From: Macrostomum hystrix
Lineage: Eukaryota > Animalia > Platyhelminthes
Assembly: GCA_950097015.1 (NCBI GenBank)
Contig: CATNEN010000030.1
Span: 3,534,001-3,598,000, forward strand
DNA: 64,000 nt
Direction of reading: 5' to 3'
Made by a program: the position numbers and the translations under genes. Below the pieces are notes generated by a model. The model was not told the DNA's origin, searched no databases, and worked only from the letters and a program-made list of their open reading frames with translations. How positions within the stretch are numbered: the first letter of the stretch is position 1; each line of letters begins with the position of its first letter. This document shows, in pieces, positions 1-12,027 of this stretch.

Positions 1-64
1 CAGTGACAGAGCAGCCGAAAGTAAGAGCATTGTGTACAGTTGTTCAGTCCATGGACTGGGTAGT

Positions 65-400
65 GGGGGTGACTGGCAGAGCGGTTAACGCGTTAGCGGT
101 CCCTGAGCTCGATTCCGCGTCAAGGCAATGCGTTCATTTGGGGCGCAGCCGCGGAGAGAAGGCTTGGTGGCTAGAGTGTAGAGTGCAGTGAGTGTACAGC
201 GAGAGTGTACACTGCCTGACGATGAGAAAGTCAGGCCAGGTGTACAAACCTGTGTGAGCGCATGCCTGCGTACAGTATCAGAGTGTGCGTGTGCTCAGGA
301 GTCAGCGAATCGGGTAGAACTGCCTCCTCGCTGGCTGCGGGTCTAGTGTCATATGATGATGTGCCATTGCCCGCAGCCCTCCTGCAATTATTGTTATAAC
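65..400 (+). mobile_element. tRNA-derived SINE family A, copy 1
   Basis: A-box TGGCAGAGCGG, B-box-like GAGCTCGATTCC, body shared with four other copies, short ATT-rich tail. Confidence 0.8.
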
Positions 401-419
401 TCGTATTACTATGGACCGG

Positions 420-490
420 GGAACCGAATCGCCGACCGATTCGAACTCACGACCTCTCGGTTTAAAGTCTGAAGCTTTAACAACTGGGAT
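420..490 (-). mobile_element. tRNA-derived SINE family B, head fragment
   Basis: Reverse complement atcccagttgttaaagcttcagactttaaaccgagaggtcgtGAGTTCGAATC is homologous to the copy at 57870-57985. Confidence 0.6.
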
Positions 491-880
491 TGTGGAATTG
501 GAATGAGTTTGGGATTAGGGAATGAACATTAATTCCCCGTTTCCCTGGATGCAGATTTGTGTCCTCCAGGTTAATTATTTCCTACATACTATCCAGAGCC
601 TCCACGTAGGACTGAGTGGCGACGACTAGCAATCCATTCTATTCCTTCATCCATGGGCCATCGGCACGAAATTAGCATTTATATTGTTTCTCTAGGATTA
701 TTCTTTGGCACGAAGACAAATTCTGGCAATTCCTTGCTGACCCAGGTCGGAGCCGGTTAAGATATAAAATTTATTTTGCTTTTTTAGCAGTTTCTTGTTT
801 GTTTGTGTTAATTTGTTACGAATTTCAGCAGTTTATATAAAATTGAGCAAATTTTCACAAACTTGAGTAGTTTCTAACAA

Positions 881-2145
881 ACCTGGGCAGTTTCTCACTA
901 ACTTGAGCAGTTTCTCACTAACTTGAGCAGTTTCTCACTAACTTGAGCAGTTTCTATTGATGTTGACCAGTTTCTCACTAACTTAAGCAGTTTCTCACTA
1001 ACTTGAGCAGTTTCTATTGATGTTGAGCAGTTTCTCACTAACTTGAGCAGTTTCTATTGATGTTGACCAGTTTCTCACTAACTTAAGCAGTTTCTCACTA
1101 ACTTGAGCAGTTTCTATTGATGTTGACCAGTTTCTCACTAACTTGAGCAGTTTCTATTGATGTTGACCAGTTTCTCACTAACTTAAGCAGTTTCTCACTA
1201 ACTTGAGCAGTTTCTATTGATGTTGACCAGTTTCTCACTAACTTGAGCAGTTTCTCACTAACTTGAGCAGTTTCTCACTAACTTGAGCAGTTTCTCACTA
1301 ACTTGAGCAGTTTCTCACTAACTTGAGCAGTTTCTCACTAACTTGAGCAGTTTCTCACTAACTTGAGCAGTTTCTCACTAACTTGAGCAGTTTCTCACTA
1401 ACTTGAGCAGTTTCTCACTAACTTGAGCAGTTTCTCACTAACTTGAGCAGTTTCTCACTAACTTGAGCAGTTTCTCACTAACTTGAGCAGTTTCTCACTA
1501 ACTTGAGCAGTTTCTCACTAACTTGAGCAGTTTCTATTGATGTTGACCAGTTTCTCACTAACTTGAGCAGTTTCTATTGATGTTGACCAGTTTCTCACTA
1601 ACTTGAGCAGTTTCTATTGATGTTGACCAGTTTCTCACTAACTTGAGCAGTTTCTATTGATGTTGACCAGTTTCTCACTAACTTAAGCAGTTTCTCACTA
1701 ACTTGAGCAGTTTCTATTGATGTTGACCAGTTTCTCACTAACTTGAGCAGTTTCTCACTAACTTGAGCAGTTTCTCACTAACTTGAGCAGTTTCTCACTA
1801 ACTTGAGCAGTTTCTCACTAACTTGAGCAGTTTCTCACTAACTTGAGCAGTTTCTCACTAACTTGAGCAGTTTCTCACTAACTTGAGCAGTTTCTCACTA
1901 ACTTGAGCAGTTTCTCACTAACTTGAGCAGTTTCTCACTAACTTGAGCAGTTTCTCACTAACTTGAGCAGTTTCTCACTAACTTGAGCAGTTTCTCACTA
2001 ACTTAAGCAGTTTCTCACTAACTTGAGCAGTTTCTCACTAACCTGAGCAGATTCTGACAAACCTGAGCTGCTTCTGACAAACGTGAGCAGATTCTCACAA
2101 ACCCTGAGCTGCTTCTGACAAATGTGAGCAGATTCTCACAAACTT
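881..2145. repeat. 20-bp minisatellite GAGCAGTTTCTCACTAACTT
   Basis: Direct reading; variant unit ...TTCTATTGATGTTGACC; degenerate right edge. Confidence 0.97.
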
Positions 2146-2576
2146 AGTCGCTGATGCTTCACTCAGGGAGTTCCTATTAAGCATTCCCTGCATGTCCCAA
2201 TGGTGATACAAGTTGCTGTCTGCAGGCAGCCCTAATGGACACCATCAAAGCGCTATATAATGGAGGCATAACGCAATCAACTTTGAGATTAGTCTCGGTA
2301 AAGGCGTTGTGCCTGGCATTAATGGGAATCTTCTTTGGGCTTGGAAAGCTTGATTGCGAAGAGAGAAGGGATGAAATGTTATGTAGAATAATCTCGCCTC
2401 ACTGCTTTCCCTAGCTTTCCCTGCGGCATAAACCGCTTAAGAGCAGTCAAAGATGATGAAGTAATGTTAATAATATTAATCAGCATTATTATTTATTCGG
2501 ATTGGGCACTCTTAGCAAACCAGAGAGTCGAGTGCTTCCACCAGAGTTATTTGGTTGCTTCCCAAAGTAGGGTATT

Positions 2577-3770
<1,194 letters not shown>

Positions 3771-3776
3771 TTAGGT

Positions 3777-3786
3777 AACCAATCAG
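3777..3786 (+). promoter_or_regulatory. CCAAT (NF-Y-type) box in the candidate INPP1 promoter
   Basis: AACCAATCAG just upstream of a GC-rich stretch (about 3930-4350) that precedes the putative 5'-UTR exon. Confidence 0.3.
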
Positions 3787-4524
3787 AGAAAAGAAAGGCT
3801 TCCAAATTGATATCAGCCGAAAACGATTCCGCGGACAATAGAAAATTTTTAGTAGCGAGTAAGCGCAGCAATAATTGAATGATCTCACAACCGTAGCGGG
3901 AACCAGTTGTAAATTCGGCCAAAATCTACAGCGATTGAGGACACGGGGCGGAGGGGTTGGTTGCCCCGGTTGAATCGCCCTCGCCCTAATTTCCTTAGCC
4001 ATATTCGATGGGGCTCGACCCTGCCCTTTTGCTAGACTTTGGCTAGTCCCCGGAGGCCTGTGGGGGTCATTGGCTGATGCCCTGCTAGGACACACTCGCT
4101 TCACCCAGGGTGAGGTTTGCGGAGGTGGGAGAGGGTCGACGCGAGGGAAGGGGCGGGACGGGATCAGGCCGAGAGCTGGGACGCCCTCCTCAGCCTTCCC
4201 TCTCTGCCCCTCAATTCACCCCGGACCCTATACCTCCACTCAACCCCCCTTTACTCCTCTTCCCCCATTGGGATAAATTCCAGCCAGCCGAGACTGTCGC
4301 GTCCAAGGAGAGTTGAAGATTCCGAGGTGGAACAGACGAACCAAGCGGCAGAGTAGTATTTAGATAGCTTTGATCCTGTGGGCTAGAGGAATTGAAGCCA
4401 AGGCTATCGTTCTGTTCGGCCACACCGCCAGCCTTCGTGTTGACTTTGCCGCCCGTGCGCGTGGGAGCTGCAAGACTAACGGCAAACAGACCCGCGGATC
4501 ATCTCTGCGCTGAGACAGCACAAT

Positions 4525-6446
4525 GTAAGACCTTCTGGTGGCTTCTAACTAACAATTCTGGACAGAATTAATAAGCGACCTAGCTCCGAAATGAAAGGGA
4601 AACAAAGGAGGAAGACAGCGCGACTGAGTCTGTTGACTTTGGGAAGATTGCTTGTTTTAGTAGTGCAATAGATAAGCTGGTTCACGTGCACAGAATCTCG
4701 GAAACTGGCGACTCAAAGTGAGGATTTGGGAGAGTGACGACTCAAAGTGAGGATCATGGAGAGTGGCGACTCAAAGTGAGGATCATGGAGAGGGGCGACT
4801 CAAAGTGAGGATCATGGAGAGGGACGACTCAAAGTGAGGATCAGGGAGAGGGACGACTCAAAGTGAGAATTTGGGAGAGTGGCGACTCAAAGTGAGGATC
4901 AGGGAGAGTGACGACTCAAAGTGAGGATCAGGGAGAGTGACGACTCAAAGTGAGGATTTGGGAGAGTGGCGACTCAAAGTGAGGATCATGGAGAGTGGCG
5001 ACTCAAAGTGAGGATCATGGAGAGGGGCGACTCAAAGTGAGGATCATGGAGAGGGACGACTCAAAGTGAGGATTTGGGAGAGTGGCGACTCAAAGTGAGG
5101 ATCAGGGAGAGGGGCGACTCAAAGTGAGGATCAGGGAGAGTGGCGACTCAAAGTGAGGATTTGGGAGAGTGGCGACTCAAAGTGAGGATCATGGAGAGGG
5201 GCGACTCAAAGTGAGGATCAGGGAGAGTGGCGACTCAAAGTGAGGATTTGGGAGAGGGGCGACTCAAAGTGAGGATCAGGGAGAGGGGCGACTCAAAGTG
5301 AGGATCATGGAGAGGGGCGACTCAAAGTGAGGATCAGGGAGAGTGGCGACTCAAAGTGAGGATCATGGAGAGGGGCGACTCAAAGTGAGGATCAGGGAGA
5401 GTGGCGACTCAAAGTGAGGATCATGGAGAGGGACGACTCAAAGTGAGGATTTGGGAGAGTGGCGACTCAAAGTGAGGATCAGGGAGAGGGGCGACTCAAA
5501 GTGAGGATCAGGGAGAGTGGCGACTCAAAGTGAGGATTTGGGAGAGGGGCGACTCAAAGTGAGGATCAGGGAGAGGGGCGACTCAAAGTGAGGATCAGGG
5601 AGAGTGGCGACTCAAAGTGAGGATTTGGGAGAGTGGCGACTCAAAGTGAGGATCATGGAGAGGGGCGACTCAAAGTGAGGATCAGGGAGAGTGGCGACTC
5701 AAAGTGAGGATTTGGGAGAGGGGCGACTCAAAGTGAGGATCAGGGAGAGGGGCGACTCAAAGTGAGGATCATGGAGAGGGGCGACTCAAAGTGAGGATCA
5801 GGGAGAGTGGCGACTCAAAGTGAGGATCATGGAGAGGGGCGACTCAAAGTGAGGATCAGGGAGAGTGGCGACTCAAAGTGAGGATCATGGAGAGGGACGA
5901 CTCAAAGTGAGGATTTGGGAGAGTGGCGACTCAAAGTGAGGATCAGGGAGAGGGGCGACTCAAAGTGAGGATCAGGGAGAGTGGCGACTCAAAGTGAGGA
6001 TTTGGGAGAGGGGCGACTCAAAGTGAGGATCAGGGAGAGGGGCGACTCAAAGTGAGGATCATGGAGAGGGGCGACTCAAAGTGAGGATCAGGGAGAGTGG
6101 CGACTCAAAGTGAGGATCATGGAGAGGGGCGACTCAAAGTGAGGATCAGGGAGAGTGGCGACTCAAAGTGAGGATCATGGAGAGGGGCGACTCAAAGTGA
6201 GGATTTGGGAGAGGGGCGACTCAAAGTGAGGATTTGGGAGAGTAACGACTCAAAGTGAGGATCTGGGAGAGTGGCGACTCAAAGGGAGGATTTGGGAGAG
6301 GGGCGACTCAAAGTGAGGATCTGGGAGAGTGGCGACTCAAAGGGAGGATTTGTGAGAGTTACGACTCAAAGTGAGGATCAGGGAGAGTGGTTAAAAGATT
6401 TTAAATCGGGAATACTAAAAGCCAACTTTCCCTGACTCTACCGCAG
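4525..6446 (+). other. Probable 5'-UTR intron of INPP1 (or outron ending at a trans-splice acceptor)
   Basis: Donor-like caat|gtaaga at 4525 and pyrimidine-rich acceptor ctctaccgcag ending at 6446, 6 nt before the ATG. Contains the 29-bp array. Confidence 0.5.
4706..6390. repeat. 29-bp minisatellite GACTCAAAGTGAGGATCAGGGAGAGTGGC
   Basis: Period 29 (gactc at 4710 and 4739). Confidence 0.97.
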
Positions 6447-6452
6447 CGAGTC

Positions 6453-6662
6453 ATGAAGGTGTCAGATCTGATTAGTGAGCTGCTAAACGCGGCCGAGAAA
6501 TCCGCCGAGCTGGCGCGCGCCATCAGACGCGAGGAGTCGCTCTTTCACCTACTGATCGAGGAGAAAACTGGAGACGAGAAGAACAAGCGGTTCGGCTTCG
6601 ACTTCAAGACCCTGGCCGATGTGCTGGTGCAGGAGATGATTCGCTTCGACCTGAACAGAAAG
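6453..6662 (+). CDS. INPP1: Inositol polyphosphate 1-phosphatase, coding exon 1
   Basis: MKVSDLISELLNAAEKSAELARAIRREESLFHLLIEEK...DFKTLADVLVQE matches the INPP1 N-terminus as recalled (LLIEEK, DFKTLADVLVQE). Ends AAG|gtgagg, phase 0. Confidence 0.95.
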
Positions 6663-6774
6663 GTGAGGCTGTGACTTTGTGGCTGTGGCTGAGGAGGGAA
6701 AAAGTATAGCTAGTGTTGCCTCATCAATGCAGGAATAGAATAGATTGCTAGTCTAGCCAGCGCAAGGAGCGGAT

Positions 6775-7495
6775 GGAGCGGAATGAGCGGAGGGAGCGGA
6801 AGGTGGGAGACAGGGGAAGGTGGGAGACAGTGGAAGGTGGGAGAAAGTGGAAGGTGGGAGACATTGGAAGGTGGAACAGACGATAGCGGAGGGAGGGAGC
6901 GGAGATAGCGGAGAGAGTGGAGGGAGCGGAGATAGCGGAGATAGCAGAGAGAGTGGAGGGAGTGGAGGGAGCGGAGAGTGGAGGGAGTGGAGATAGCGGA
7001 GAGAGTGGAGGGAGTGGAGGGAGTGGAGAGTGGAGGGAGCGGAGAGAGTGGAGGGAGTGGAGGGAGCGGAGAGTGGAGGGAGCGGAGAGAGGAGGGAGCG
7101 GAGATAGCGGAGAGATTGGAGGGAGCGGAGATAGCGGAGAGAGTGGAGGGAGCGGAGAGAGTGGAGGGAGTTGAGGGAGCGGAGAGTGGAGGGAGCGGAG
7201 AGAGTGGAGGGAGCGGAGAGAGTGGAGGGAGTTGAGGGAGCGGAGAGTGGAGGGAGCGGAGAGAGTGGAGGGAGCGGAGAAAGCGAAGAGAGCGGAGAGA
7301 GCAGAGACAGTGGAGAGAGTGGAGGGAGCGGAGAGAGTGGAGAGAGCGGAGATAGCGGAGAGATTGGAGGGAGCGGAGATAGCGGAGAGAGCGGAGAGAG
7401 CGGAGAGAGCGGAGAGAGCGGAGAGAGTGGAGGGAGCGGAGAAAGTGGAGAGAGCAGAGAGAGCGGAGAGAGCGGAAGTTGAGGAGACAGCGGGT
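6775..7495. repeat. GGA/GAG-rich degenerate repeat
   Basis: GAGCGGAGAGAGTGGAGG-type units; source of spurious ORFs. Confidence 0.9.
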
Positions 7496-8469
7496 CTAAT
7501 TGCTATGTTTAGAAGCTACATGGATAGAATTGATAGGAATAAATAAGAAAAATATAGTACATATAGTATACTTCTGACTATTTCAATGCCATCAAACTGT
7601 TTTGTTTGCCCTGAGTATTTCTGTTGAGTCCATACTTGGGGAATGTTTATTCCTAGAAAATTTCTCCAGAGCAGACAAGAGGAAATCATTACTGGGAGAT
7701 TGCTTGGGGAAAAATCCTTTGGCTACTCGACATTCAGTGCCGCGGTCATTTAGCAAGTTGATTAGCAGAATTAAAAGAAATCAATACGAAAAATTCTTCT
7801 TGAGAAGTACTGTGCATAGTTTTATTCCCCGTTAGCACAGTGAAAGAGATATGCATAACTTTAATCTCTCTGCTTCTTTTCTTTGATGAAATATTAATCG
7901 CAAGAAGCACACTGAGGATATAAAAGAGATGGGTGTACATTGCTATGACTGCGAGTGTGGCATCTTAAGACAGAGAGAGAGAGAGAGATCCTCTACCAAG
8001 AAATCCCCTTGGCAAAGTAATCCCTCATCCTGTGGTGAGGGAGCTGGCGGAACACAGACAATCAATGGCAGGAGTGGGTCCTGTTTAAGACTCCGCCGTT
8101 GCTAAAAGCAGTAGAAAACTAAAAGAAATGCTTTCAAGAGCAAAGCGCGGAAAACAGAGAGGCTTAAAATAGTCATGGCATTTAATGGAAAGTAGTGATA
8201 AAGTGTTTGCAATGTTTGCAATGTTTGCAATCTTTTGTCTGCAAACATTCACAGTTGCTGAGTCCCAAATGTGCTCATCTATCATAGATGAGCTGTAGCT
8301 GCAAGTCGGAATGACAAAATCTGCTTTCAACTACTGCTCCATCCATTTTCGCTTTTAAAGCTAATTGGTGACTCACCCGCTCACTTACTAGCGAACTCAA
8401 TTACTCACCGCTTTAATTACTTATAAACCCATCAGCGTTTGCACTAATTCAGTAGTTAGATCAATCATC

Positions 8470-10165
8470 CTCACCCATGAACTCACTCATAAACTCACTC
8501 ATGAACTCACTCATGAACTCACTCATGAACTCACTCATGAACTCACTCATGAACTCACCCATGAACTCACTCATAAACTCACTCATGAACTCACTCATGA
8601 ACTCAGTCAGAAACTCACTCATAAACTCACTCATGAACTCACGCATGAACTCACTCATGAAATCACTCATGAACTCACTCATGAACTCACCCATGAACTC
8701 ACTCATAAACTCACTCATGAACTCACTCATGAACTCACTCATGAACTCACCCATGAACTCACTCATAAACTCACTCATGAACTCACTCATGAACTCAGTC
8801 AGAAACTCACTCATAAACTCACTCATGAACTCACGCATGAACTCACTCATGAAATCACTCATGAACTCACTCATGAACTCACCCATGAACTCACTCATAA
8901 ACTCACTCATGAACTCACTCATGAACTCACGCATGAACTCACTCATGAAATCACTCATGAACTCACTCATGAACTCACCCATGAACTCACTCAAAAACTC
9001 ACTCATGAACTCACTCATGAACTCAGTCATGAGCTCACTCATAAACTCACTCATGAACTCACGCATGAACTCACTCATGAAATCACTCATGAACTCACTC
9101 ATGAACTCACTCATGCGGTCACTCATGAACTCACTCATGAACTCACTCATCAACTCACTCATCAACTCACTTATCAACTCACTCATCAACTCACTCATGA
9201 ACTCACTCATGAAATCACTCATGAACTCACTCATGAACTCACTCATGCGGTCACTCATGAACTCACTCATGAACTCACTCATGAACTCACTCATGAACTC
9301 ACTCATGAACTCACTCATGAACTCACTCATGAACTCACTCATGAACTCACTCATGAACTCACTCATGAACTCACTCATGAACTCATTTATGAACTCACTC
9401 ATGAACTCATTTATGAACTCACTCATGAACTCATTCATGAACTCACTCGTGAACTTACTCATGAACTCACTCATGAACTCACTCATGAACTCACCCATGA
9501 ACTCACTCATAAACTCACTCATGAACTCACTCATGAAATCACGCATGAACTCACTCATGAAATCACTCATGAACTCACTCATGAACTCACCCATGAACTC
9601 ACTCAAAAACTCACTCATGAACTCACTCATGAACTCACTCATGAACTCACGCATGAACTCACTCATGAAATCACTCATGAACTCACTCATGAACTCACTC
9701 ATGCGGTCACTCATGAACTCACTCATGAACTCACTCATCAACTCACTCATCGACTCACTTATCAACTCACTCATCAACTCACTCATGAACTCACTCATGA
9801 AATCACTCATGAACTCACTCATGAACTCACTCATGCGGTCACTCATGAACTCACTCATGAACTCACTCATGAACTCACTCATGAACTCACTCATGAACTC
9901 ACTCATGAACTCACTCATGAACTCACTCATGAACTCACTCATGAACTCACTCATGAACTCACTCATGAACTCATTTATGAACTCACTCATGAACTCATTT
10001 ATGAACTCACTCATGAACTCATTCATGAACTCACTCGTGAACTTACTCATGAACTCACTCATGAACTCACTCGTGAACTTACTCATGAACTCACTCATGA
10101 ACTCATTCATGAACTCACTCGTGAACTTACTCATGAACTCACTCATGAACTCACTCGTGAACTTA
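8470..10165. repeat. 12-bp minisatellite ATGAACTCACTC
   Basis: Direct reading; produces the MNSL and MSEF pseudo-ORFs. Confidence 0.98.
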
Positions 10166-10537
10166 TCATCTCTCCCTTCATCATGTCTGGGCATGAAAAT
10201 TATTGCCGTCATAATTCACGGCTCAATGGCTTATCCAATAAGAAGGACAGACGGCCGAAATGGGCAAGCTGGATTCTGTCGGCTGCCTCATCTCTAATGC
10301 ATATTAGCAGCTGATTCCGCTCAATTCTATCAAGCTGGCCCCATCCACAGTTCCGTTGTTGCAATTCTCTCAATTATCTCATGTTGAAGGCTTGCCTAAC
10401 ATCGCTGGTTGATAATGCAACATTCAATACCACTTTTTAGTTTGTACTTTTTTTTAATAATTTATTTGTAATTATCCAATGAATTTGCGAATGATGAAAA
10501 GCAGAAACTAAAAAGACAATTAGGTGATGAGTTCGGC

Positions 10538-10970
10538 TATGAATTGAGCTATCAATTTAGCTGTGGATTGAGCTGTGGATTGAGCTATGAATTGAGCTGT
10601 GGATTGAGCTGTGGATTGAGCTGTGGATTGAGCTGTGGATTGAGCTGTGGATTGAGCTGTGAATTGAGCTGTGAATTGAGCTGTGAATTGAGCAGTGAAT
10701 TGAGCAGTAAATTGAGCTGTGAATTAAGCTGTGAATTGAGCTGTGAATTGAGCTGTGGATTGAGCTGTGAATTGAGCTGTGAATTGAGCAGTGAATTGAG
10801 CTGTGAATTGAGCTATGAATTGAGCTGTGAATTGAGCTGTGAATTGAGATGTGAATTGAGCAGTGAATTGAGCTGTGAATTGAGCTGTGGATTGAGCTGT
10901 GGATTGAGCTGTGAATTGAGCTGAGAATTGAGCTGTGGATTGAGCTGTGGATTGAGCTGTGAATTGAGCT
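10538..10970. repeat. 12-bp minisatellite GAATTGAGCTGT
   Basis: Direct reading. Confidence 0.96.
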
Positions 10971-11454
10971 ACAAATACGCTCGTACATAATCAGTTCTGA
11001 ATCAATTTAGCTTTAAAACGGCTTTGGTCTGCCAATCTCTAACTTTTTATTGCCGCAGTCTGTTAATTCTAAGCAGGCTGTCAATAAAATTCGAAACAAT
11101 TTATGAAGATTTTCCAAGAATGTTTTTAAGAAACAGGCAGTGGTCTCGCAATCAAAACAATAACCTCGTGTTAAATCCTGCTATGCACTAGATTAACATA
11201 TGCTCAAGAGAATCTTGTTTCTGTGTCTACTCACTGATCTGATCAGCAAGACTCAAGGAGTGTAGCCTATTTTAGATTATTTTTTGCTCACAATATGGCT
11301 AGAAACCACTATCTACTCTGATTTCATGTAAATGAAAAGTACAATTGTTCGGACAAAAAAGTTTTTACTATACCAATCAATCCTTAATAAACAACTAAAT
11401 GAGCTCAGCGATTAACTCACTGATGGACTTGCTCATTAACTCACACACAAACTA

Positions 11455-11630
11455 TCTGATGAACTCACTCATGCGGTCACTCATGAACTCACTCATGAAC
11501 TCACTCATCAACTCACTCATGAACTCACTCATGAACTCACTCATGAACTCACTCATGAACTCACTCATGCACTCACTCATGAACTCACTCGTGAACTCAC
11601 TCGTGAACTCACTCATCAACTAACTCATGA
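11455..11630. repeat. Short daughter array of the ATGAACTCACTC satellite
   Basis: Same unit and the same rare variant ATGCGGTCACTC. Confidence 0.93.
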
Positions 11631-12027
11631 ACTGTCATTTGAAGTCAGTCACGAACCCACTCCTTAGAAAGTTGCTCAGCGCAGCCACTTTGTTGCCAGG
11701 GGCTGCTGAAGCGTGCCCACGTGACCTGAAAGTTTACCTTCTTTAAGTACAGAGAAGCTGCACAGCAGGAATGAGAGGAAATGAAGCCAGGTCACGTGAG
11801 CCCGGACAGTGCCTGACTCAATCCAATCTGTCACTCGAATACCTCGAAAAGCTAGTCCAACTAGCCCCAACTAGTCCATTTTTTGCGTTAAAGTGCACCG
11901 ATGGCTATATAGTCTCCGGCGCTGTCGATTGGTTTAGATGATCCGTTTTTAATCCAAATTTGATTACCATATTCCACTAAGTTGCAAATTAGAACACTTT
12001 TTTTTGCAGAATCGATGATAAATTTAG

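Noticed and set aside
8461-10297. 583-aa and 606-aa ORFs on opposite strands (MSEF/MNSL repeats)
   Set aside because: They are translations of a 12-bp satellite that lacks stops, lie inside INPP1 intron 1, and have no non-repetitive domain.
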